A program made the translations under genes and the position numbers. From contig JAIORP010000171.1 in the NCBI GenBank assembly GCA_021108075.1, positions 68,041 through 132,040 on the forward strand: 64,000 bases of DNA. Direction: 5' to 3'. Of the stretch, positions 1 through 10,342 are shown piece by piece. Numbering within the stretch: position 1 is the first letter of the stretch; each line of letters starts with the position of its first letter. Origin of the DNA: Candidatus Omnitrophota bacterium (GTDB taxonomy: Bacteria > Omnitrophota > Gorgyraeia > Zapsychrales > Zapsychraceae). Below the pieces are notes generated by a model, which was not told the DNA's origin, did not search any database, and saw nothing but the letters and a program-made list of their open reading frames with translations.

Positions 1-399
1 CAGGGTTGCCAATAATCCAATTCCGGGCTGAACGGTCTTTTCTTCCTTGTGTCCTTTCCGCGTTCCTTCTGGAAACATCAGCAATGGCTTATCTTGTTTA
101 AGAATATTCAAAGACATACGAATAGCTTTGACATCCGATGAATTCCTTTTGATCGGAAACACATCTAAATGTCGCAATATCCAACTCATCACTCTAGATT
201 TAAACAGCGTATCCCGCGCAATAAAATTTAACCTCCGCGAAGTTGAAATCGGGATAACCATTGGATCCAGATAGCTTTGGTGATTGCTCGCTAAAATAAA
301 GGCCCCTTTTTTCGGGATATTCTCTTTGCCGACAATCTTTAATGGGAAAAAAATAACATGAAGAAATCTGACAAGAGACCAGGCGAACCAATAAAACAT
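1..399 (-). CDS. plsC: 1-acyl-sn-glycerol-3-phosphate acyltransferase (partial; C-terminus lies beyond the window start)
   Basis: Manual minus-strand translation gives MFYWFAWSLVRFLHVIFFPLKIVGKENIPKKGAFILASNHQSYLDP...LLMFPEGTRKG. It carries the acyltransferase motif I (NHxSxxD) and motif III (FPEGTR). It is missing from the ORF track because it is truncated at the window edge. Confidence 0.6.
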   Translation of the reverse strand, partial: MFYWFAWSLVRFLHVIFFPLKIVGKENIPKKGAFILASNHQSYLDPMVIPISTSRRLNFIARDTLFKSRVMSWILRHLDVFPIKRNSSDVKAIRMSLNILKQDKPLLMFPEGTRKGHKEEKTVQPGIGLLATL

Positions 400-532
400 A
401 TTTTATCCTTAGAATATACCCGGCATTGTTTAAAGAGAATTTACATTGGAGCTTGACGAGGATTTAATGAGATTAACCCGGAGAAAACAAATCATCGCAG
501 TCTTACAATATCGCTCATTCTTACCGGCTTTA

Positions 533-1963
533 TTATTTCTTTCGCAACAGCTCTTCACCAAAACGGATTAACTCGACAGCGCGTTTCTTTGTTTTCGCTT
601 CTGAATAGGCCCGGACCAAAGGTTCCGTTCCCGACGGGCGCAGCATTAGCCAACTGCCGTCGTCACAGACAAGCTTGATCCCGTCGTAGCCCTTAACATT
701 AACGACTTTCCTGCCCAACAATGTCGTAATTTCACGGATTTCTTTTTCATGAAAACGGCCTTTTCCTGAAGGCAGGTCACAACGCTCATAATAATAGCGG
801 CCAAATTCCTTTTCCATGTCATCGAGTATCTGCTTGATATTCTTTTTCTCGTAAACCATCATCTCGACGAGCAACAACCCTGCCAGCGTGCCGTCACGTT
901 CCGGAATGTAATCCTGAACACCCATTCCGCCAGCTTCTTCACCGCCGGCCACAATATTTTTTGTGATCATCAGTTCAGAGATATACTTGAAACCGACGGG
1001 GGTTTCATATAGCTCCAGGCCCAACTTCTTGGCGATATTATCCATCATCGTTGTCCCGCAAATGGTTTTGACAATGCCGCCTTTGCGCCCGCGGTTGCGG
1101 ACCAAATGAAGGACCAATAAACCTAAAATCTTTTGTGGGTGCAGATACTCGCCCGTCGAGTCGACAGCTGCAATTCGGTCAGCGTCCCCATCTAAGATCA
1201 ATCCAATATCAAACTTTTCTCTCTTCACTCTTTTAAGAAGCTCTCCGACATACGCCTTGACCGGTTCAGGTTTGGCCCCGCTGAAATAGGGATTAATTTC
1301 CGAACGCATTAAAGAAAGTTTCAGGGATGTGCCTTTAACGGCGTCTTCCATCAACGTGCCGCCACTCCCATGCATCACATCCGTTAATATTTTAAACTTG
1401 GCGTTCTTCATTTTTTTTAGGTCAAGGTAATGACGCATAAACGTCATATAATCTTTCTTAAAGTCGTGCATGACGATCTTTTTCTCATCAAGCGCATCCT
1501 CAAGGGGCATTTGCTTAACAGGCGTTTTAAACAAATCATTCTCGACTGTTGAAGTGATATCCGTTCCAGCACCGCCGCCCTGTTCCGTCTTTATTTTTAT
1601 ACCGTTGAACTTAGCCGGATTATGGCTGGCTGTTATCATCACGCCGGCCACACTCTTCGTTGTGACAACGCCATAACTTAAAGCCGGGGTAGGGATGTCG
1701 GCATCCGACAAATAAACCTCAATACCATTTTTTGCCAGCACACAACCAACTAATTCAGCATATTCTCTGGACAAAAAACGCGTATCATAACCAACCGCGA
1801 CCTTTTTCGGCTGCCCTTTAACTTTCGGCTTTAAATCCTTTTTAACCCAGTTACTAATCGACTGCGCGACCACTGCGACATTTTTAAAGGTAAAATTATC
1901 AGAAATAACACCTCGCCACCCATCAGTGCCAAATTTTATTTCTTTGTTTACTTTATTTGCCAT
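533..1963 (-). CDS. phosphoglucomutase/phosphomannomutase family protein (alpha-D-phosphohexomutase)
   Basis: N-terminal FGTDGWRG and the active-site TASHNP motif, consistent with the PGM/PMM/GlmM superfamily fold. Confidence 0.75.
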   Translation of the reverse strand: MANKVNKEIKFGTDGWRGVISDNFTFKNVAVVAQSISNWVKKDLKPKVKGQPKKVAVGYDTRFLSREYAELVGCVLAKNGIEVYLSDADIPTPALSYGVVTTKSVAGVMITASHNPAKFNGIKIKTEQGGGAGTDITSTVENDLFKTPVKQMPLEDALDEKKIVMHDFKKDYMTFMRHYLDLKKMKNAKFKILTDVMHGSGGTLMEDAVKGTSLKLSLMRSEINPYFSGAKPEPVKAYVGELLKRVKREKFDIGLILDGDADRIAAVDSTGEYLHPQKILGLLVLHLVRNRGRKGGIVKTICGTTMMDNIAKKLGLELYETPVGFKYISELMITKNIVAGGEEAGGMGVQDYIPERDGTLAGLLLVEMMVYEKKNIKQILDDMEKEFGRYYYERCDLPSGKGRFHEKEIREITTLLGRKVVNVKGYDGIKLVCDDGSWLMLRPSGTEPLVRAYSEAKTKKRAVELIRFGEELLRKK

Positions 1964-1965
1964 AT

Positions 1966-2559
1966 CTAGCTCCTCTCAAAATTAACAACTTCATACAAAT
2001 GATGTTTTTTGATATATTCACATACAGCCGGGGGAACCAAATAATGGATGGAGTTTCCTGAAGTCGTCCTTTTACGGATATACGAGGATGACACATCCAG
2101 TCCTGGCATGGTAACCGAACTAACTTTTATTTTTGATTGCCCCTTATCCATCCCAGGTCGGTTCACAACAACAAATGAAACAATTTTTAAAATCTCGTCA
2201 ATATCCCGCCACTGTTGCAGCGTCTCCAAACTATCTTCGCCGATGATAAAGAAAAACTTAGCGCCTTCCGGATATTGAGCTTCAAAGAAACGGACGGTAT
2301 CGATGCTATACGATTTTTTACGCCGTTTTATTTCATAGTCGCAAATATCGAAATAAGGGTTATCTTCAATCGCTAACCGGACCATGCTGTAACGGTGTTT
2401 GGCTGAAATGACATTTTTTGTTGATTTATGTGGCGGCCAAAACGACGGAACAAAAACAACACTATCTAACCGTTTTTTTTCCAAAGCCACTTGGGCTATT
2501 GCCAGATGCCCAATATGGAGAGGATTAAAGGTGCCGCCCAAAATCCCAATACGCTTCAC
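1966..2559 (-). CDS. nadD: nicotinate-nucleotide adenylyltransferase
   Basis: GILGGTFNPLHIGHL (the (H/T)xGH nucleotidyltransferase motif) and the conserved obg-proBA-nadD synteny. Confidence 0.85.
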   Translation of the reverse strand: MKRIGILGGTFNPLHIGHLAIAQVALEKKRLDSVVFVPSFWPPHKSTKNVISAKHRYSMVRLAIEDNPYFDICDYEIKRRKKSYSIDTVRFFEAQYPEGAKFFFIIGEDSLETLQQWRDIDEILKIVSFVVVNRPGMDKGQSKIKVSSVTMPGLDVSSSYIRKRTTSGNSIHYLVPPAVCEYIKKHHLYEVVNFERS

Positions 2560-3827
2560 GTTCGAATTTGTCCTTTTCCTCTAATACAATATTTATAAGT
2601 CGTTAGCCCTTCCAACGCCATCGGCCCCCGAACATGCAACTTATCGGTACTGATCCCTACCTCCGCACCGAACCCAAACTGATACCCATCGGTAAATCTC
2701 GTCGAGGCATTGTGGTATAAACAGGCTGAATCGACAGACTTAAAAAATTTCTCTGCTTCGCTTTTGTTCTCCGTGACAATCGCGTCCGAATGACGGGAAC
2801 CATATGTATTGATATGAACGATGGCAGCATCTAAATCCTTGACAACCTTTACGGACAAAATCAAGTCAAGATATTCTGTTGTCCAGTCCAGTTCATCAGC
2901 TTTGTTTGGCTTGTTCTTAAGGATGCGCCTCGTTCGCGAACACCCCCGTATTTCAACACCTGCCGCAGTCAGATGCTCAAAGACTATGGGTAAAAATTCC
3001 CCTGCGATCCTTTCACTCACCAGCATTGTTTCCATGGCATTGCAAACTCCGGGCCTTTGCACCTTCGCATTAACGCATATATCCACCGCCATGGCTAAGT
3101 CCGCTTTATCACTCACAAAGGTATGACAAACCCCCTTGTAATGCTTCACAACCGGAATACGCGAGTTCTCGGCCACAAAACGAATAAGACCCTCACCACC
3201 ACGAGGAACAATCAAGTCGACATATTGATCCAGACCCAGCATAATGTGGACCGCCGCTCTATCTGTAGAATCAATCAATTGCACCGCTTGATAAGGAATC
3301 TCCGTTTGTTTTAAAGCATCGCGTATTAATTTAAAAATAGTCTTATTAGAATAAAAGGCTTCTTTGCCACCCTTTAAGATCGCCGCGTTCCCGGACTTTA
3401 AACATAAACCAATGCAATCACTCGTCACATTCGGTCGGGATTCAAAAATAATGCCAATCACACCGATGGGCGTCCTGACTTTCTCAATGATCAAGCCATT
3501 CGGCCGTTCAAATGTTTCTAAGACGTCACCAACAGGATCCGCCAGCGCAGCCGTATCTTTCAGACATTTTGACATTTCGATAATGCGTTTATCATCAAGC
3601 ACCAAACGATCGACAAGGGCCTTAGGATAATTCTGCTTCCGGGCCGCCTTCAAATCTTTCTTATTTTCTTTAACAATGAAATCCTGATGATCAAGGATAA
3701 CCTGGGCCAAATGCTTTAAAATCTTATTTTTTGTTTTCGTCGGGACCAAAGCGAGAGACAAAGCAGCTAATTTGGCGTTTTGAGCCATTCTTATAATTTG
3801 TTGATCTTTTGCTGTCTTTTTCACCAT
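2556..3827 (-). CDS. proA: gamma-glutamyl phosphate reductase (glutamate-5-semialdehyde dehydrogenase)
   Basis: Length and aldehyde-dehydrogenase-like composition; it sits immediately downstream of proB in the classic proBA arrangement. Confidence 0.85.
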   Translation of the reverse strand: MVKKTAKDQQIIRMAQNAKLAALSLALVPTKTKNKILKHLAQVILDHQDFIVKENKKDLKAARKQNYPKALVDRLVLDDKRIIEMSKCLKDTAALADPVGDVLETFERPNGLIIEKVRTPIGVIGIIFESRPNVTSDCIGLCLKSGNAAILKGGKEAFYSNKTIFKLIRDALKQTEIPYQAVQLIDSTDRAAVHIMLGLDQYVDLIVPRGGEGLIRFVAENSRIPVVKHYKGVCHTFVSDKADLAMAVDICVNAKVQRPGVCNAMETMLVSERIAGEFLPIVFEHLTAAGVEIRGCSRTRRILKNKPNKADELDWTTEYLDLILSVKVVKDLDAAIVHINTYGSRHSDAIVTENKSEAEKFFKSVDSACLYHNASTRFTDGYQFGFGAEVGISTDKLHVRGPMALEGLTTYKYCIRGKGQIRT

Positions 3828-3904
3828 GATCGTTTCCTGTTGATTTGATGGAAGGTTAACTCAAATAAATCAAAAAGTCAATATACAAATAATTTTATTA
3901 ATAA

Positions 3905-4006
3905 TACCAATTCCATTAAATAATGACCAACTCCAATTCTGCTTTTCTCGACGATTTAGCGAGAATATCAGAATTAAGATAGAACAATTTATTAATGAAT
4001 TTGGTA
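3905..4006 (-). mobile_element. MITE-like element, subtype C (102 bp), in the proA-proB spacer
   Basis: TACCAATTCCATTAAATAATGACCAACTCCAATTCTGCTTTTCTCGACGATTTAGCGAGAATATCAGAATTAAGATAGAACAATTTATTAATGAATTTGGTA flanked by TAA/TAA. Confidence 0.8.
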
Positions 4007-4055
4007 TAAGAATAAAAATCCGGTTCTTTTTATTAAAATAAAGACTCACAACACC

Positions 4056-5144
4056 TTATCGTTGAGCTAAAACCAAGTTATCGCGATGGATCGCTTCCAG
4101 CTTGCCGCGTTTGTCTTTCATTTGATATAAATCGGCAATAGAATAATTCACAATACCCCGGGCAATCTCATGTTTCACCTGATCACAAACAACCACCACA
4201 TCTCCCTGCTTAAAATGTCCTTTCCAACTCACAACACCCGGCAAGAGAAGGCTGCGCCGACCGGTCAATAGCGCCGCCTGGGCCCCTTGATCAATAATGA
4301 TAAAGCCCTTTGGTTTAACCCCGAACGAGATCCAATGTTTGCGCGCCAAAAGCTTTTCCTTCTTCTCACTAAAAAATGTTCCGATCCGTTCACCCCCCAA
4401 TACCCGGGACAGAACATCTTCTGTCTCGCCATTGGCGATGATGCAGGGAATGTTCGCGTGAGTCGCTATTTTAATCGCCTCAAGCTTGGCAATCATCCCG
4501 CCTTTTGCAATGTGTTTCTTCTTCGTTCCGGAAGCAATGCTCTCAATCTCGTCTGTGATCTCTTTAATCTCTTTAAAAAAATACCTGGTTCCGTCCTTGA
4601 TATCATACAAACCCTCGACGTCAGACAGAAGCAGCAACAAATCAGCCCCGATCAGACCCGCAACCAGGGCGGACAACCTGTCATTATCGCCGAACTTAAT
4701 TTCTTCGGTTGAGATGGTATCGTTCTCATTTACAATCGGAACAATCTTGTTCGAGAAGCAGGCATTTAAAGTGTCACGCGCATTGTTATACCGAGTACGA
4801 TTGTCAAAATCATCCCACGTTAACAATATCTGAGCGCAACAACTCCCATGTTTCTTAAAAAAATTAAGATACTTATTCATTAAAATGGTTTGACCCGTCG
4901 CGGCCAAGGCTTGCAATGTGGCCAAGTTCGCATTGCGGGTCATGTGATTCATCGCCCCCATTCCAAACACAATCGCTCCGGAACTAACCAATACCACATC
5001 GATATTCTTTTGCCTGGCCTGACAAATCTGTTCGACCAAAGACCGCAGGCGCGCCACACGCGGTTTCATCCTGTACGTGGCGATGACACTTGAGCCGACT
5101 TTGATAACAACCCGTTTTATTGGTCGCGGGAACTTTCTTGGCAT
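4056..5144 (-). CDS. proB: glutamate 5-kinase with C-terminal PUA domain
   Basis: Amino-acid kinase fold (VIKVGSS..., GGMxxK) plus a PUA-like C-terminus. The 5' end overlaps obg by 28 nt as annotated; the true start may be an internal Met. Confidence 0.8.
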   Translation of the reverse strand: MPRKFPRPIKRVVIKVGSSVIATYRMKPRVARLRSLVEQICQARQKNIDVVLVSSGAIVFGMGAMNHMTRNANLATLQALAATGQTILMNKYLNFFKKHGSCCAQILLTWDDFDNRTRYNNARDTLNACFSNKIVPIVNENDTISTEEIKFGDNDRLSALVAGLIGADLLLLLSDVEGLYDIKDGTRYFFKEIKEITDEIESIASGTKKKHIAKGGMIAKLEAIKIATHANIPCIIANGETEDVLSRVLGGERIGTFFSEKKEKLLARKHWISFGVKPKGFIIIDQGAQAALLTGRRSLLLPGVVSWKGHFKQGDVVVVCDQVKHEIARGIVNYSIADLYQMKDKRGKLEAIHRDNLVLAQR

Positions 5145-6094
5145 AATATTGCTCGCAGTTTCTCAACTAATTCATCTAATCCAATCTTATCCTTCGCTGA
5201 TATCTCAATGATATCCTGCTTATATTTCGCATGAAATCGCTGAATATGTTCCTTTGCTTCAGGCAGATCAACTTTGTTGGCCACGACCAGTTTATGCTTT
5301 GCATTGAGAATATCACCATATTCATTAATCTCATGATTAATTTTCTGGTAATCTTGCAAGGGATCGCGCCCTTCTGATCCAGCGATATCAACCATATGGA
5401 CCAGAATCTTGGTTCTCTCCGCGTGTTTTAAGAAACGATCACCCAAACCTTTGCCTTTATGCGCACCTTCAATGATACCGGGAAGGTCTGCGATAATAAA
5501 ACTGTTTTCCTCATCAGGAACAAATCCTAAGACAGGCTGTTTGGTTGTAAAATGATATTGAGCGATTTTCGATTTAACTTTAGAAATTTGAGAGATTAAA
5601 GTTGATTTGCCTGCATTAGGAAAGCCGATAATACCGACATCAGCGATGAGTTTTAATTCTAAACCAATCGTCCTTTCTTCACCTGGCCTTGGTGGCTTTG
5701 ACCCTTGTTTATGAGCATTGCCCCAACCACCCCGGCCCCCTTCAGCGACGATGATGGATTGTTGATCGTCCGTTAGATCTTTTATCAATAACTTTGTTTC
5801 ATAATCCCGAACGATCGTGCCGCGAGGAACACGCAAGACACTGTCTTTTCCCGTACGGCCTGTTTTGCCCTTGCTGCTCCCATGACCGCCGTTAGCGGCT
5901 TTATAGTGTTGTTTATAGCGGAAATCCAATAGTGTTTTGATTCGCCCATCGGCGATGATGACGATTTCACCGCCATTCCCACCATCTCCACCGTCCGGGC
6001 GGGCATGACGCATGTGCTTATCACGATAAAAGCTATCGCAACCTTTTCCTCCTGCACCAGCTTTAACAAAAATTCTAGCCTCATCAACGAACAT
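5117..6094 (-). CDS. obg: GTPase Obg/CgtA
   Basis: N-terminal Obg fold (MFVDEARIFVKAGAGGKGCDSFYRDKHMRHARPDGGDGGNGG), G1 motif GFPNAGKST and G3 DLPG. Confidence 0.9.
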   Translation of the reverse strand: MFVDEARIFVKAGAGGKGCDSFYRDKHMRHARPDGGDGGNGGEIVIIADGRIKTLLDFRYKQHYKAANGGHGSSKGKTGRTGKDSVLRVPRGTIVRDYETKLLIKDLTDDQQSIIVAEGGRGGWGNAHKQGSKPPRPGEERTIGLELKLIADVGIIGFPNAGKSTLISQISKVKSKIAQYHFTTKQPVLGFVPDEENSFIIADLPGIIEGAHKGKGLGDRFLKHAERTKILVHMVDIAGSEGRDPLQDYQKINHEINEYGDILNAKHKLVVANKVDLPEAKEHIQRFHAKYKQDIIEISAKDKIGLDELVEKLRAILCQESSRDQ

Positions 6095-6108
6095 AGACGG
6101 TGCGCTAC

Positions 6109-6420
6109 TTAAGCGGCAATTTTTTTAATGGTTAACGATGTTAATTTCTGACGGTGGCCATTCTTAACAGCCGAATCTTTACGGCGACGGTATTTAAACG
6201 CGATAACTTTATCATCCAATATCTGCTTATTGACATCCGCCTCAACTTTAGCCCCGTCAACATAAGGTTGTCCAATCCGAACATCCCCATCTTTTTCCAG
6301 CAACAAAACTTTCTCAACGGTCAATGAGTCCCCTGCTTCTTTTTCTAAACGATCAACAAGAATCACATCGCCCTCTGACACTTTATACTGCATTGCCCCT
6401 ACTTCAATAATCGCATACAC
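6109..6420 (-). CDS. rplU: 50S ribosomal protein L21
   Basis: MYAIIEVGAMQYKVSEGD... is a bL21 N-terminus. It has a GTG start preceded by a GAGGAGG Shine-Dalgarno. Confidence 0.85.
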   Translation of the reverse strand: MYAIIEVGAMQYKVSEGDVILVDRLEKEAGDSLTVEKVLLLEKDGDVRIGQPYVDGAKVEADVNKQILDDKVIAFKYRRRKDSAVKNGHRQKLTSLTIKKIAA

Positions 6421-6579
6421 AATAACTCCTCCTCAGCTTATATTCGAAATGTGCGTTTCAAATTTTGACAATATTTACACAAGCCCAACCAGGTCAAATC
6501 CCTGGACCCAAATGATAAAATGTTGGGAAGCATTTATTTTAGTGGTATTTTTATTTTTTTCAACAAAAAAAAATGGAGG

Positions 6580-7896
6580 CTAAACGATCTTGACTTTTCC
6601 ACGGCCATCACAAAAAGGGCACTTTCCAAATGAAATGGACTCAATCGTCTTTCCGGTCCTGGCCCTGGTCATCTCAACCAGGCCCAGAGGCGAAATGCGG
6701 TTCACTTCTGTTTTGGCCCGGTCTTTTGTCAGCGCGCGTTTTAATGCGTCTAGAACCCTGCGTTTATGATCCTCCCTGGTCATATCGATGAAATCAATGA
6801 CAATAATACCACCTAAATCCCTTAGGCGCAACTGTCTGGCAATTTCAGGGACAACTTCCATGTTAACCATAAAAGCAGCTTCTCCAGGAGAGGCCTTTGT
6901 CTTAAACTTCCCGCTATTGACATCAACAACAATCAAACCCTCGGTTTGCTCAATAACGATGTACGCGCCAGATCTCACGGGAACGTTTATATCATATATT
7001 TTATTAAGTTCGTTAGAAACATTCTTTGCGTCAAAAAGGGATTGGGAGCCCTTATAATGATGCAATTTGTTTAGCATTTGCTTTCCAATTAATGTTTGAA
7101 TAAATTTCTTTATCTTATTGTATTCGGTTTCATCGTCGATGATCAGCTTGCTGATGCGGTCGGTTAAATTGTCACGAACAATTTTCCACATCAACTCGCC
7201 TTCTTCATAAATCAAAGCCGGCGCCTTTTCCCGTTCCGTTTTCTTACTAATCTTCAGCCACATGTTGTAAAGGAACTTCGCATCCCGAACAATTTCACGC
7301 CTTCCTTGCTTAAGAGCTGCAGTGCGAACGATCAAACCGCCACTCTTCGCAAAAGAAAAATCTTTTATCACATCACGCAATCTTTGCCTTTCGTCCGAAG
7401 GCTCAATTTTTTTTGATATGCCCGTGTGCTTATCAAACGGCATATAAACGACAAACCGGCCAGGCAAAGAAACATGAGTTGTGAGTCTCGCACCCTTTTC
7501 TCCGAAAGGATCCTTGACCACTTGGACAAGAATTTCTTGCCCCACATTCAAATGATGCTCATTTGAATGATTTGACCTTGTTTTTGTTTCCTTTACCGTT
7601 TTCTTTTTTTTCTTCTTTAATATTTTATCAATCAGTTTACTCCGGCCATTGATCTCTTCTTCTATTAATGGGCTCACGGCATCTGTTAAATAAAGAAACC
7701 CATTACGTTCCTGGCCAATATTGACAAAAGCTGCGTTAATAGAAGGAAGGATCGATTCGACCCTTCCTTTATATATATTCCCTAATAATGATTGATACCG
7801 ATCTACTTCTATAAAAAAATCATCTACTCGCCCATTATCAATAATGGCGACCTGGCGTTCACTCTTCTGAACGCGAATGAGTATTTCCTTTGGCAC
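6580..7896 (-). CDS. rng: ribonuclease E/G family (RNase G-like)
   Basis: S1 domain N-terminus, DNase-I-like catalytic core, and a C-terminal CPFCDGRG zinc-link motif. Confidence 0.75.
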   Translation of the reverse strand: MPKEILIRVQKSERQVAIIDNGRVDDFFIEVDRYQSLLGNIYKGRVESILPSINAAFVNIGQERNGFLYLTDAVSPLIEEEINGRSKLIDKILKKKKKKTVKETKTRSNHSNEHHLNVGQEILVQVVKDPFGEKGARLTTHVSLPGRFVVYMPFDKHTGISKKIEPSDERQRLRDVIKDFSFAKSGGLIVRTAALKQGRREIVRDAKFLYNMWLKISKKTEREKAPALIYEEGELMWKIVRDNLTDRISKLIIDDETEYNKIKKFIQTLIGKQMLNKLHHYKGSQSLFDAKNVSNELNKIYDINVPVRSGAYIVIEQTEGLIVVDVNSGKFKTKASPGEAAFMVNMEVVPEIARQLRLRDLGGIIVIDFIDMTREDHKRRVLDALKRALTKDRAKTEVNRISPLGLVEMTRARTGKTIESISFGKCPFCDGRGKVKIV

Positions 7897-7948
7897 TATC
7901 CACCTACTACTTTCTTCTATATAAATTGCATCATAAATGCGAAACGAA

Positions 7949-9313
7949 TTATTCTTCGTCTAACTGCGCTGTAACGATATGCGGAGTCAGAAAAATAATA
8001 ATATCTGTTTTCGCAATTGTTTTTTCTTTCTTTCTGAAAAGATATCCAAAAACCGGAATATCCCCGACAAGCGGTGTCCTCTTGATAATGTCTGTTGTTT
8101 TATCGCGAATAAGTCCAGCGATCACCAACGTTTCCGCATCTTTAACCATAACGGTGGTGCGGGCTTCTTCCTTATTAATCAACGGAAGATTAATATTATC
8201 AAAAGGAACCGTTCCCGTCATTTCTGAAACGGTCGGAATGATCTCCATCGTGACAAAACCCGCATTGTTCACGTGCGGCGTCACCTCAAACTGAATTCCG
8301 ATAGTCTTCCAGGAGAATCCGTTAACCTGCAATTGCGCCTGCTCTTCATTGTAGGAATATTGAGGGATAGGATAATCTGTTCCCACTTCAATATGCGCCG
8401 TTTTGTTATCCATGGTTACAATTCTTGGAGCAGACAAAATGTTTGTATCTGTGCGCGCTTTCAACGCCTCAAATACAGCCTGCAATTGAGTTAAATTCAA
8501 GGTCCCGTACGTGAAGTTCAAGTTCGCCTGCGACGTGCTCGGAAGAGTCGAATCCGGCCCGGGAAAGTTGTCCGACATGAAACGATCGTCTGCGTTACTC
8601 GAGAACGGCCATGTTGTTGGCCGTTTAGATCCTTGGAATGTTGCTTGCGTCAACCAATCAATCCCTAATTTGTCTGAATCATTTAACGTTGTTTCGACAA
8701 TTTTTGCCTCAATCAGGACCTGCGGAGTGGTTTGGTCTAACTGTTTAATCACGTTTGCCATCAGGTCAATATTACTGGGAACATCGGTCACGATCATCAT
8801 GTTCGTACGCTCATCGATATTGACACTCCCTCTGTCTGATTTCATTTGCTCAACGGATTCGACAATTTCCGCGGCTTTACCAAAATTCAGTGAAAACGTT
8901 TCAGTCACCAAAGGTTCCTGCTCCGCGAGTAAAACAGCATCTTCCCGACTCTTCTTTAACTGATCAACTGTCGTGACAAGAATGATATTACCCTTTTTTT
9001 CATAAGCATAACCGTATGTCTTAACAATGACATCCAACGCACGTTGCCAATGAACTTCCCGCAATTGAATTGTGACTAAACCTGTCACTTCCGGACTGGC
9101 GACGATGTTTACATCACTTTTGTATGCGAGAATTTTAAAAACATTGCGAATATCAGCATCCTTCAAATCTAAACTGACATTTCCTTCCTGATTCATTGTT
9201 ACCATTTCATTCTCAGGAGTTTCTTCTTGATTCACTTGTGCATAGGTCGTGGACGTTATCGGTGCGAAAAATAGAACCCAAAGACTGAGAAGAACTAGGG
9301 CCTTCTTTAACAT
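7949..9313 (-). CDS. pilQ: type IV pilus secretin PilQ (short form, no AMIN domains)
   Basis: Signal peptide, N0/N1-like region and secretin C-domain ending ...IIIFLTPHIVT. It follows pilMNOP. Confidence 0.8.
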   Translation of the reverse strand: MLKKALVLLSLWVLFFAPITSTTYAQVNQEETPENEMVTMNQEGNVSLDLKDADIRNVFKILAYKSDVNIVASPEVTGLVTIQLREVHWQRALDVIVKTYGYAYEKKGNIILVTTVDQLKKSREDAVLLAEQEPLVTETFSLNFGKAAEIVESVEQMKSDRGSVNIDERTNMMIVTDVPSNIDLMANVIKQLDQTTPQVLIEAKIVETTLNDSDKLGIDWLTQATFQGSKRPTTWPFSSNADDRFMSDNFPGPDSTLPSTSQANLNFTYGTLNLTQLQAVFEALKARTDTNILSAPRIVTMDNKTAHIEVGTDYPIPQYSYNEEQAQLQVNGFSWKTIGIQFEVTPHVNNAGFVTMEIIPTVSEMTGTVPFDNINLPLINKEEARTTVMVKDAETLVIAGLIRDKTTDIIKRTPLVGDIPVFGYLFRKKEKTIAKTDIIIFLTPHIVTAQLDEE

Positions 9314-9314
9314 G

Positions 9315-9713
9315 TTATTCCTCCTTTTTAATATTCAACTCGTATTTAATTTTATTTTTAAATAAAATCACCTTTTCTTTTTCTATCCGGTGAATTTTAA
9401 ATTGACCGACCTTATCGTTCTCCTGAACGATCCGTCCATTAATTATCGCAATATTCTTACCTCCGTCACCTAACATGATCCCTTCGAGCAATAAGTCCGT
9501 TATCGAGAATTCGTTCTCATATCTCACAATTTCACCCGTCGGCTTCACCAACGGCCAAAACGGATCACGTCTCCCTTTGTCGTCATAATTAAATTTCTCC
9601 TCACCTCCTTCAATATTATTTTGTGTTTCGTCCGCATTGACAGAGATAACCATGCAAAAAAATATTGCAACAATTGAAATGCCAACACTCGTTACTGATT
9701 TCTTTCTTATCAT
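9315..9713 (-). CDS. pilP: PilP-like pilus assembly lipoprotein
   Basis: N-terminal signal/anchor and a small beta-rich C-domain; its position between pilO and pilQ supports the call. Confidence 0.45.
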   Translation of the reverse strand: MIRKKSVTSVGISIVAIFFCMVISVNADETQNNIEGGEEKFNYDDKGRRDPFWPLVKPTGEIVRYENEFSITDLLLEGIMLGDGGKNIAIINGRIVQENDKVGQFKIHRIEKEKVILFKNKIKYELNIKKEE

Positions 9714-10342
9714 GTCTTTTTATCTTTTTTATCCTTATCATCTTCCTTAGCGTCCTCGACGATGATCGTCAGCAATGTCAGTTTTAAGGTATGCTCTTTA
9801 ATATTGCTTGAACTCGCCAAAGAAAATGTCGATGTTTTAATAAATATTTCTTCCTGTTCCAACGAACTTAAAAAACGGCCAAAATTGTGATACGTACTCC
9901 GAGCCTCAATATAAATGGGTAAATAGTAGTACACTTTCTTGTCTTTCTCAAGAATTTCCGTCTGATCATCCGGTTCAGGCATGATGCGGTCAATTTTTAT
10001 ACCGTTTTTATCCGCCAAAAAAGATATTTTCTCGAGGATATTAGGAACATCTTCTCTTAACTTTATGTTTTTCCTGATTTCAGCCAGGGTCTCTTTCAAT
10101 TCCTTTACTTGAATGCGGTAGTCTTCTATCCGCTTGAAATCATTTTCAACCCTTTGAATGTCGTCATTAAGGATGCTTATCTTAGGACTCAGTCCCATCA
10201 ATGTCCCTAATTGCGGACCGATAAAAACAAAATAATCTAAAAGAAAAATCAGCAATAAAACACCGATAAAAAGATAATAACGATTCTTTTCATCGATATT
10301 CTGCAACATTTCCACATATTTGTTTAATTTTTCGTTTTTCAT
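9710..10342 (-). CDS. pilO: type IV pilus assembly protein PilO
   Basis: Single TM helix followed by coiled-coil and a periplasmic domain; operon position between pilN and pilP. Confidence 0.55.
   Translation of the reverse strand: MKNEKLNKYVEMLQNIDEKNRYYLFIGVLLLIFLLDYFVFIGPQLGTLMGLSPKISILNDDIQRVENDFKRIEDYRIQVKELKETLAEIRKNIKLREDVPNILEKISFLADKNGIKIDRIMPEPDDQTEILEKDKKVYYYLPIYIEARSTYHNFGRFLSSLEQEEIFIKTSTFSLASSSNIKEHTLKLTLLTIIVEDAKEDDKDKKDKKT

Noticed and set aside
5117-5144. 28-nt overlap between proB start and obg stop
   Set aside because: Probably an over-extended proB start (internal Met at codon 25) or ordinary translational coupling; not a frameshift signal.
8511-8963. Antisense ORFs inside large genes (e.g. 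8511-8963 +, 28229-28885 +, 55559-55927 +, 44156-44446 +, 13186-13401 +)
   Set aside because: They are fully embedded in well-supported CDSs on the opposite strand, low-complexity, and lack RBSs; typical shadow ORFs.
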